26,702 nt of DNA, taken from assembly GCA_029932605.1 (NCBI GenBank), contig JAOZPT010000033.1, positions 1 through 26,702 on the forward strand, read 5' to 3'. The DNA comes from Candidatus Zixiibacteriota bacterium. Lineage in GTDB: Bacteria; Zixibacteria; MSB-5A5; UBA10806; 4484-95. Below the pieces are notes generated by a model. The model ran no database searches. It was not told where the DNA came from and saw only the letters and a list, made by a program, of their open reading frames with translations. Shown one piece after another: positions 7,814-15,564 of the stretch (position 1 is the stretch's first letter; every line of letters starts with the position of its first letter). Position numbers and translations under genes: made by a program.

Positions 7814-10180
7814 TTACCTGAGGACCTCTTTACCTTTTCCTGAGACTATGTCACGGATAACTTTCTGGACATTTTCAGGGTTACCGGCACCGATATTTAT
7901 TGTGAAACAGTCACTCTTTTCAAGTAGCTTTTTATAACCACGTTTTTGCTGTTCGATTCTTTCAGATGTTTTTACCAGTAAGTAGGGATTATAGAATGGA
8001 TGACTTAACTCCGAGACCGCATCGGCAGGAGGCTGCCCATTTTCCAGAATGCGTAAGGCTTGTTCAGCTGATAATTTCTCGGCTATTGTTCCAAAGTTAT
8101 CTTTTTTGAATATTAAAACCGTTTTCACCTTGGTGCGCTTGCAATGTTTCTGTGGCCCGCCTATCCAGTAGGGGTCAAGCATAGCCCAGGAGTTTTTAGA
8201 GGCAATAAAGCAGAATGGTTCCCCTTTATCGAGCTCGCAATCATCCCGATATAAACATGGGCTGTTTTCACACCGGTCTTTGGAGGTTATTACATTTTCA
8301 CATTTACTTCTCTCGAAAAGCGGTTTGGCACCGGGGAATTTCTCAACAAAATCAGTGCGCATGTGAAATTTGCGTTCGACACAGTCCGCCGTGATGGCCG
8401 GCCCGATTGAGCGGACAAAAACTATATCAGAACTTACGATTTTACTATTTGGATGTTTTAAAAGGCCGGCGATATGGGTTGATTTACCTGTTGTCGGCGG
8501 GAAAAACATCAATACGCCCTGGTTGTCAATGTCGAAGCAAGTGGCGTGGACAGCCAAAACGTTGTAAAGTTTCTCGGAGATATCGGAGACAATTCCTAAG
8601 GCTATGCTGCGAAGCTGGGCGTAGTAGGCTGATTTGAAGAAAAAGCCGGTATGAGATTCGGGATTGTAATAGGCTCTCGGTTCACGTCCGGGTATCCAGT
8701 TGATGGCGTATATTATGCCATGTGGTTCGATATCGGCCTCGAGTTCGGTAGGATAAAAATTCTCGATCCAGAAATCATTCAGGTGAGGGCTGTTGGTGCG
8801 AAGCTGTAAGACTACCCCACCTATGTTGACGTTCCATTCGTAGTAAGTATCATGTGTTAAAAAAGCCTCGGATTCGGCCACTAGAGCATCCCGCATCTCA
8901 AGGTTTATCGATGGTTCCATCTCCACGAAATCCCGACGTTTGGTAACGGTATTATTGAGCGCTTTTCTTCGGGCTTTTCGTGAGGGCGTCAGCTCGGCTA
9001 ATGCCTCTGCAATACGACTGATTCCCTCATCGATGCGTTCCATGGAGGTTGAATATGAGACACGGGCGAATCCCTCCATGCCGAAAGCATCACCGGGAAC
9101 TATTGCTACATGGGCTCTTTTCAATAAGTAATAAGCCAGGCCGTAAGAGTTGCGGATGAGATTACCGTTATATTCCTTATCGAAATATGCCTGAAAATTT
9201 GGGAACAGATAAAACGTTCCCCGTGGCTGAGAGCAGGAAATACCCGGGATAGCCCGGAACCGAGAGAGAGCGAAGTTTCTCCGCCTTTGAAACTCATAAA
9301 CCATCTTCTCAACTTCAACCTGGGAGCCTGTTAAAGCCTCAACTGCGGCCAATTGTGAGATAGAGCAGGCATTGGAGGTGTTATGGCCCTGGATTTTATT
9401 CATGCCCGATATAAGCTCTCTGGGACCAGCGGCATAGCCGAGGCGCCAACCAGTCATCGAGAAAGCCTTGGAAAAACCATTGATGACAACCGTGAGCTCT
9501 TTGGCTTTGTCTGATATCGAGGCTACGGAAACAAATTTAAAACCATCGAAAACGAGCTTCTCGTAAATCTCATCCGCAATGATAACGATATTTTCCGATA
9601 CGGCGATATCGACGATCTCCTCGAGTTCTTCTTTTGTGTATGCGGCGCCGGTAGGATTGCATGGGTTGTTTAAGAACAAGGCTTTGGTTTGAGGGGTTAT
9701 GGCCTCGGAAAAGTCATTTGGTTGCAGGCGAAAGCCGTTTTCCTCCCGACAGCGCACAAAGACAGGAACCCCCTTGGCGAGGTTGACCATCTGAGGATAG
9801 GATACCCAGTAAGGCGCTGGAATTATCGCCTCTTCGCCTTTATTGAGAAGAGCAACACAGAGATTGTATAGGCAATTTTTAGCTCCTGGAGATACTATGA
9901 TCTCGTTATTCTTATAATCAATACCGTTTTCATCATGAAGCTTTTTGATGATGACTTGTTTTAACTCGGGGATGCCGTCGTTAGCGGTGTAATGAGTGAA
10001 ATTATCATCGATCGCTTTCTTGCCTGCATTCTTGATATTTTCAGGGGTGGGGAAATCTGGTTCACCTATTGAAAGGTCGATGACATCTATACCCTCGGCC
10101 TTAAGCTGTTTAGCTTTTGCTGATATCCTTAAAGTGGCTGATTCGCCTATACGCTGAATTCTATCTGCAAGAAGTCCCAT
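7814..10180 (-). CDS. Aspartate aminotransferase (class I, subgroup Ib-like) fused to a ~390-aa C-terminal PEPCK/HPr-kinase-like P-loop domain
   Basis: About aa 1-398: GEPDF, YTANDGIPELK, PAPYWVSY, NNPCNPTG, DEIYE, GFSKAFSMTGWRLGY, ARVSY. C-terminal: VHATC..GVLMFFPPTTGKST..IVSSDIVFV and a Cys cluster. Confidence 0.88.
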   Translation of the reverse strand: MGLLADRIQRIGESATLRISAKAKQLKAEGIDVIDLSIGEPDFPTPENIKNAGKKAIDDNFTHYTANDGIPELKQVIIKKLHDENGIDYKNNEIIVSPGAKNCLYNLCVALLNKGEEAIIPAPYWVSYPQMVNLAKGVPVFVRCREENGFRLQPNDFSEAITPQTKALFLNNPCNPTGAAYTKEELEEIVDIAVSENIVIIADEIYEKLVFDGFKFVSVASISDKAKELTVVINGFSKAFSMTGWRLGYAAGPRELISGMNKIQGHNTSNACSISQLAAVEALTGSQVEVEKMVYEFQRRRNFALSRFRAIPGISCSQPRGTFYLFPNFQAYFDKEYNGNLIRNSYGLAYYLLKRAHVAIVPGDAFGMEGFARVSYSTSMERIDEGISRIAEALAELTPSRKARRKALNNTVTKRRDFVEMEPSINLEMRDALVAESEAFLTHDTYYEWNVNIGGVVLQLRTNSPHLNDFWIENFYPTELEADIEPHGIIYAINWIPGREPRAYYNPESHTGFFFKSAYYAQLRSIALGIVSDISEKLYNVLAVHATCFDIDNQGVLMFFPPTTGKSTHIAGLLKHPNSKIVSSDIVFVRSIGPAITADCVERKFHMRTDFVEKFPGAKPLFERSKCENVITSKDRCENSPCLYRDDCELDKGEPFCFIASKNSWAMLDPYWIGGPQKHCKRTKVKTVLIFKKDNFGTIAEKLSAEQALRILENGQPPADAVSELSHPFYNPYLLVKTSERIEQQKRGYKKLLEKSDCFTINIGAGNPENVQKVIRDIVSGKGKEVLR

Positions 10181-10185
10181 GGTGC

Positions 10186-11562
10186 TTATTCGGTCTTATT
10201 TTTGGATGTTTGTTTTTTAGGTAGAGCTTTTAAAAACTCTTTAATATCTATACCGGATAAGGCCTCGACTACCGACGGCAATTGTGCTAGCACCTGGGCA
10301 ACCTGGCCCGTTATTTTTGAGGCACCGTCAGCGCTGTCTCCTACCATGATGATCTTATCAACCTTCGATAGCGGTTCAGATACCGCTTTGGCTAGCTCCG
10401 GCAAGACATCGATATACATCTGATATATAGCGGCCTGATTATATTTTGACCATGATTCGGCTTTCTTAGCCATCGCTTCAGCTTCAGCCATCCCCTCCTG
10501 CTTTATAGCCTCAGCCTTGCCTTTAGCCCGGGCTTCAAGCTTGAAAGTCTCAGCTTCGGTTTCTGCCTGGGCCTGATATTTCATTGCATCAGCGGCCTTT
10601 TTTATGGTTGACTCCAGCTCCATTTCCTTGCGCAAGACTTCCTTTTCCTCAACTTTGATGGCTTCCTCTTTCTCTATCAAGCGAACCTTGTATTCCTCTT
10701 TTTTAATCTGCTGGTTCATCTTCAGACGCTCAAGGTCGTAGGAACTGTCGGAGACCGCTCGTTTTTGATTTATGTCCGCCTGGAAACCTGCGCGTTGTAT
10801 TTCGTAATCGCGGCTGGCTTTGGCGATTTCGGATTCAGCCTGGAACTTAGCAACATCACCCTCCTTGCGAGCTTGAGCAGCCTTAATCGTTGCTTCCATA
10901 TCAGCTTCAGCCTGAGCAATCTCGGCTTCACCTTTAACTCTGGCTATATGTGGTTTACCTAAAGCCTCGATATAACCCTGAGAATCGCTTATCTCCTTTA
11001 AGGCAAATGAAAGAATGGTTAATCCCATGGATTCAAAGGCCTTCATCGAGGAGGCGGCAACCTTCTCAGCGAAATCATCGCGTTTCTGGTAAATCTCTTC
11101 AACCGTTAATGAACCAAGAACACCCCTCATGTCTCCTTCAAGTATTTGTCGGGTGATCTCTTTCATACCTTCGAGGCCCTTGCCCAGAAACTGCTCAACG
11201 GCCAGCCGTATTGAATAATCATCCCCTTTGACCTTAACCTGGGCCTGGCCGACAGCTTTCAATTCGATCCCTTTAGCAGTTAAACCATCGGGTATTTCTA
11301 TGTTAATTGTAAAAACCTCCAACGGGAAAACCTCGGCTTTCTCTAAAAAGGGGATGACAAATGTACCACCGCCAATGTGCATGCGGTAACCTATCTTGCG
11401 TTTTGTGCCATCAGGATCGACAACTGTCCGTCGTCTGCCGCCTGAGATTATCAATACTTCATTGGGGCCAACCTTGCGGTACTGTTTGGATAAGGCGACG
11501 AGAAAAAGAATAACCAATATTAATATAACGCCAGCTATAATCGTCCATCCAACGAATGTCAT
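10186..11562 (-). CDS. Flotillin / SPFH-domain membrane protein
   Basis: N-terminal TM helix, YRKVGPNEVLIISG, GGGTFVIP, AQVKV, EQFLGK, LGSLTVEEI, GYIEALGK, Ala/Glu-rich coiled coil, LPELAKAVSEPLSKVDKI. Confidence 0.95.
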   Translation of the reverse strand: MTFVGWTIIAGVILILVILFLVALSKQYRKVGPNEVLIISGGRRRTVVDPDGTKRKIGYRMHIGGGTFVIPFLEKAEVFPLEVFTINIEIPDGLTAKGIELKAVGQAQVKVKGDDYSIRLAVEQFLGKGLEGMKEITRQILEGDMRGVLGSLTVEEIYQKRDDFAEKVAASSMKAFESMGLTILSFALKEISDSQGYIEALGKPHIARVKGEAEIAQAEADMEATIKAAQARKEGDVAKFQAESEIAKASRDYEIQRAGFQADINQKRAVSDSSYDLERLKMNQQIKKEEYKVRLIEKEEAIKVEEKEVLRKEMELESTIKKAADAMKYQAQAETEAETFKLEARAKGKAEAIKQEGMAEAEAMAKKAESWSKYNQAAIYQMYIDVLPELAKAVSEPLSKVDKIIMVGDSADGASKITGQVAQVLAQLPSVVEALSGIDIKEFLKALPKKQTSKNKTE

Positions 11563-11850
11563 ATCTAAGCTCCCTTCCTTATTTAAATTGAGCTGACTTT
11601 CATATGAGTTGTTTTGATAAAATCAACCCCATCCGGCCAGCCTGTATTTTAAGGTAAGATGAAGTTATACAAATATCAGAATCTACGCAACATTTTTCCA
11701 TATGTCTTAATAAAATAAATTCAATTTCCAATTACTATATATTTGGTGTGTATATAATAACCATCTTCACTTGATAAAACACTTTCGAAGTCAAGATATC
11801 GCTTCTTTGTTGTCCTGCCTCTGGCGGAAATAGGCTTTTCCTCGATTTAA

Positions 11851-12093
11851 GTTGGTGATAATTATACTTATTATTGTTTCAGCCCTGGACTGGTGATTCC
11901 TGATATATCAAATATTGAAGATCTATTATTTGTGAGCAGATTATTCATTCCCGGTGAAAGTCGTGATATCGTAGTAAGTTGTGTTTACGCTTATATTTTT
12001 GGCGGTCAAGACAAGCTAAGAATAATTGACATTGCTGATATCGAAAATCCCCGGTTTGTAAGCGAAATTCCTATCGATGGCGAAGATGCATAA
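11851..12093 (+). pseudogene. LVIVD-repeat (beta-propeller) gene remnant
   Basis: Reads VGDNYTYYCFSPGLVIPDISNIEDL..DIVVSCVYAYIFGGQDKLRIIDIADIENPRFVSEI, about two LVIVD repeats; in-frame TAA immediately upstream (11848-11850) and no signal peptide. Confidence 0.6.
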
Positions 12094-12160
12094 AAACATT
12101 TCAATAAATGATCATCTGAATGTTCACCGTCACGATATTCTGGAAGGAGTTTGTTGAGCA

Positions 12161-12376
12161 ATGAAATATCAAGGTGAGATTTTCCTTTCTTTGTTGATCT
12201 TATTCTTACCCATGTCCCTAGTATCCGCACAGGTTTCCAAACCTGATATGATTAAGGCTTTCCCCATCGCACAATCTATACATTTAGATGGGGATTTAAT
12301 CGAACCGGACTGGCAACAAGCCCAAATCCAAAATATTGACGTTACTGTTATATTTATGGTTGATTCTAGAAGTTGA
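12161..12376 (+). pseudogene. Truncated N-terminus of a secreted CBM9-like/DUF5916-type protein
   Basis: GGAAGGAG upstream, signal peptide, then IKAFPIAQSIHLDGDLIEPDWQQA (IxxDGxLxExxW motif); resemblance is lost after that and the ORF stops at 71 aa. Confidence 0.55.
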
Positions 12377-12401
12377 CATTACAATAAAATTGCCATATTA
12401 T
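12373..12401 (+). promoter_or_regulatory. Sigma70-type promoter, probably giving a leaderless mRNA
   Basis: TTGACA 12373-12378, 17 nt, TATTAT 12396-12401; ATG at 12407. Confidence 0.7.
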
Positions 12402-12406
12402 GAAGT

Positions 12407-12556
12407 ATGCCCGAAGCGTATGCGGAATTTGTGGCCAATAACCCTTTCTGGGCAGTTGTTATCATCCTGTTAATGGGGTTATCGATTGTGGGCGCTGTTG
12501 CCTGGGTTATTCTGGGTGCCTTAAAAAAACCTGAAGATAAACATCGACATCAATAG
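12407..12556 (+). CDS. Small single-pass membrane protein, 49 aa (not in the ORF track)
   Basis: MPEAYAEFVANNPFWAVVIILLMGLSIVGAVAWVILGALKKPEDKHRHQ*: one hydrophobic helix followed by basic residues; near-consensus promoter directly upstream. Confidence 0.65.
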   Translation: MPEAYAEFVANNPFWAVVIILLMGLSIVGAVAWVILGALKKPEDKHRHQ

Positions 12557-12786
12557 AAAGTTTTTTGACATAGCATAAAAGTTCTAATGAATTGCTTCAA
12601 TGTTTGAATAATCTATTCTCGTCGGTTCGAGCTTTCAAAAATAAAATAACATGTTAACAATTTTCGCCATTTAGTTCGGAATTAAAAGACGGTAAATAAC
12701 TTCTATAAAAATGGAAGTTAGCTTTTTCCTGATTACCAGATAGGTCATAGTTTGATGCCGTAGTAACTGCGCGGGAACGAAAACCC

Positions 12787-12814
12787 AGATGGTTCGCTTG
12801 GGAAAAAACCATCT
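12787..12814. terminator. Inverted repeat, possible terminator downstream of the transglutaminase-like gene
   Basis: AGATGGTT (12787-12794) / AACCATCT (12807-12814); followed by GGGTTTT on the minus strand. Confidence 0.35.
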
Positions 12815-12842
12815 ACAAAATGCATACGGTTAACTGAACTTG

Positions 12843-14489
12843 TTATTTCATCTTATGTTCAGAAGTGTCAATTTTTTGTTTTGCCTCGGTATGTTGTGGT
12901 GTTTCAACCGGTGACCATTCGCCGAGTTTTTCCGAGTAGATCTTGCAAACACCTTCAGACCTGTAGGTCTCGTATGAGTTGTACTCCCAGCCTAAATATT
13001 CAGAACCGCCTCCACCAACGGTTGTAACCAAATAGCGGTTGGAGACATGACCGATATAATTTGCCTGTCCTTGGGGTGTTTTCTGGTCGCCGCCTGAGGG
13101 ATCAACCGGTAGCCAGCCTATTTTTGGAAGGTAAACCTCGCACCAGCGATGGAAGACCTCATCCTCAGAGGCTAAATCACCACGCTGAGCGATCGAGCCG
13201 GCATATCGAGCGGGAAGGCCAGCCGCCCTGCACATGGCAATGAAAACAAATGAGTACTCCGAACATGAACCGTTGCCTCGTTCTAAAACTGTGGGTGCAA
13301 TGTTCCATCCCCCGACAAGCTCATAATACATATGGTCAATGATATATCGGAATATCTTTCGCATCATCCAGTAAGGATTGGTTTCATCGCCAACAGCTTC
13401 TTTGACCGCTTTCTGGATTGTTTTCGAGGTGATAGCAAACTTGGTGTTGTCAACGAGATATTTTTCCTTTATATACCCGGGGATATCCTTAAGTCTGCCG
13501 ACTCTCTCAGGATGAAAAAGATACCTGTGATCGAACAAATCAACCACTACTTTATAGGATGCCTGCACCATCTCACCGGATTTTACCTTGTCGAAATGGA
13601 ATCGAGCAACCTGCTGGTCCCAGCTGTCGGTAATAATCTCATATTCTACCGGTGATTTATATATGGGGGGTTCGATGAGCCTCTGGTGGGGTGAGTTTAC
13701 CGGAACGGCCAGGTATATATTAAGATCGGTCACTGTTCCAGGACCATAGTTTCTAAACTGGTGTGTGTATTCGACAATCTCGCGAAGAGAATCTGTCGTA
13801 CTGTAAAGCTTATCATCATCAGAAACAATGGCATAGATGGAATCTGATTGGTAGTCAGCACAGTAGAGCTTGTTGTCAAGATATGCCAATCCCCAGGCAT
13901 ATTTAGCCGGTGCTTTAAACATCAATATTACCTCGCCGGTTTCCGGCCAAACCATATAAATACGGTCGGCTCCACGGTCTGAAACCCAGATGTAGGTACC
14001 ATCGAAAGTTAAGCCGGTGGGGGTACCAGACGGTGATGGAATTTTCTTTATCGTGGTACCATCTTCTGTTGACACCTGGAGAAGCTCATCGGTTCTTGAG
14101 TCTGCCAGCCAGAGATACTTGCCGTCCCATGCCAGACCACCCGGACGCTGTGCCGGACACCAGATGGTCTTTACCGTTATTTCAGTTTTGGGATCGATCT
14201 GAAGGATAACCTCCTCTTCAGAGTCGACCAGCCAGAGATATATGCCATCGAAGGTCAATCCCTGTGGTCGAAAACCAGGAGAATCGAACTGGGCAATTAC
14301 CGTGCCCGTGCCCGGATCGATGGTATAGATTTTATCACTTTTTCGGTCGGCAAGATAGAGATGTTTGCCGTCGGAAGCAAGGCCGGTGGGACAGCTGTAG
14401 GGGGTGGCAAATGTACCAACCACATCGCCGGTAACTGCCAATGCTGGTATTGTCGATAAGGCTATAATGATAATTGTTATTGTTTTCAT
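12843..14489 (-). CDS. Secreted protein: N-terminal beta-propeller plus C-terminal transglutaminase-like (Cys-His-Asp) domain
   Basis: Better start is ATG 14489 (GAGGA ribosome-binding site, signal peptide MKTITIIIIALSTIPALA). Five ~41-aa PxGLxxDGxYLWxxD repeats; triad GSCSEYS / FHRWCEVY / WLPVDPS. Confidence 0.9.
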   Translation of the reverse strand: MKTITIIIIALSTIPALAVTGDVVGTFATPYSCPTGLASDGKHLYLADRKSDKIYTIDPGTGTVIAQFDSPGFRPQGLTFDGIYLWLVDSEEEVILQIDPKTEITVKTIWCPAQRPGGLAWDGKYLWLADSRTDELLQVSTEDGTTIKKIPSPSGTPTGLTFDGTYIWVSDRGADRIYMVWPETGEVILMFKAPAKYAWGLAYLDNKLYCADYQSDSIYAIVSDDDKLYSTTDSLREIVEYTHQFRNYGPGTVTDLNIYLAVPVNSPHQRLIEPPIYKSPVEYEIITDSWDQQVARFHFDKVKSGEMVQASYKVVVDLFDHRYLFHPERVGRLKDIPGYIKEKYLVDNTKFAITSKTIQKAVKEAVGDETNPYWMMRKIFRYIIDHMYYELVGGWNIAPTVLERGNGSCSEYSFVFIAMCRAAGLPARYAGSIAQRGDLASEDEVFHRWCEVYLPKIGWLPVDPSGGDQKTPQGQANYIGHVSNRYLVTTVGGGGSEYLGWEYNSYETYRSEGVCKIYSEKLGEWSPVETPQHTEAKQKIDTSEHKMK

Positions 14490-14644
14490 TTTGTCCTCGC
14501 TTTGATTATTCAATTAAGTTAAATAATTACTTAAGTTTTTCATGTTAATAAGTTAATAAATGTGAATATCTTTAGGCAAGAAGATAAAATATTTTGCGAT
14601 GAAATTCCCATGATGTTACTTTCACTACACGTGCAACATTTAGC

Positions 14645-14673
14645 TTGTAATCTTACGTTGACCTGCATATCTT
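14645..14673 (+). promoter_or_regulatory. Putative promoter for nfo, leaderless geometry
   Basis: TTGTAA 14645-14650, 17 nt, TATCTT 14668-14673, 6 nt, ATG 14680; no Shine-Dalgarno sequence. Confidence 0.45.
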
Positions 14674-14679
14674 CTGCTT

Positions 14680-15561
14680 ATGGGAAACAGTAAGCAAAAG
14701 TTGTATCTTGGCGCTCATATGTCAATCGCTGGAGGTGTTTTTAACGCCTTTGGCCATGGCGAGGAGTTTGGTTGTGACACGATCCAGATATTTGTCAAAT
14801 CCTCTAACCAATGGAAGGCTAAACCATTAACCGATGAAGAGGTGCAGAAATTCAAAGAGGAACAGAAACGTACCGGCATCAAGCCGGTGGTTGCCCACGA
14901 CTCCTACCTTATTAACCTTGGTTCACCAGACCCGGCGCTTCTGGAGAAATCACGTAAATCTTTTTTAATGGAGATGGAGCGGTGCGAGAGACTTGGCATT
15001 TCTTATCTGGTTACTCACCCGGGAAGCCACATGGGAATTGGAGAGAAAGAGGGCATAAATAAAATCGCTGAATCCATCATCTGGTTATTAGAGCGCACAG
15101 ATGGATTTGCAGTAAAAATTGTTTTAGAAACCACTGCCGGCCAGGGGACAAATCTCGGTTATAAATTCGAACAGATTGCAGCATTGATCGAGAAATCCAG
15201 GAAACCGGAAAAACTTATGGTTTGTTTTGATACCTGCCATGCTTTTGCCGCTGGTTACGATATATCAACTTTAGAATCATATGAAAAAACATTCGAAGAA
15301 TTCAGGCGTATAATAGGCTTAAAGAAACTCGCTGTCCTCCATCTCAATGACTCGAAAAAGGGATTGGGCAGCAAGGTGGACCGTCATGAACATATCGGCC
15401 AGGGGATGATTGGCAAGGGGGCATTTAAGCTTATAATGCAGGATTCGAGATTTAAAACCATCCCTAAAATCCTTGAAACACCGAAGGGCAATGATGGCCG
15501 TATGGACGATGTTAACCTTTCTCTGCTTCGCAGGTTCGCCAGGAGTAAAAAGAAAAAATAG
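14680..15561 (+). CDS. nfo: Endonuclease IV (AP endonuclease)
   Basis: LGAHMSIAGG, HDSYLINL, HPGSH, LETTAGQG, CFDTCHAFAAGY, HLNDSK, DRHEHIG and ILETP motifs. Confidence 0.97.
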   Translation: MGNSKQKLYLGAHMSIAGGVFNAFGHGEEFGCDTIQIFVKSSNQWKAKPLTDEEVQKFKEEQKRTGIKPVVAHDSYLINLGSPDPALLEKSRKSFLMEMERCERLGISYLVTHPGSHMGIGEKEGINKIAESIIWLLERTDGFAVKIVLETTAGQGTNLGYKFEQIAALIEKSRKPEKLMVCFDTCHAFAAGYDISTLESYEKTFEEFRRIIGLKKLAVLHLNDSKKGLGSKVDRHEHIGQGMIGKGAFKLIMQDSRFKTIPKILETPKGNDGRMDDVNLSLLRRFARSKKKK

Positions 15562-15564
15562 AAG

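Noticed and set aside
12755..12835. Possible multi-stem ncRNA or riboswitch
   Set aside because: Only one convincing 8-bp stem; it lies at a 3' end rather than in a leader and matches no RNA family I can recognise.
14490..14513. Longer start (14513) for the transglutaminase-like gene
   Set aside because: ATG 14489 has a GAGGA ribosome-binding site and begins a typical signal peptide.
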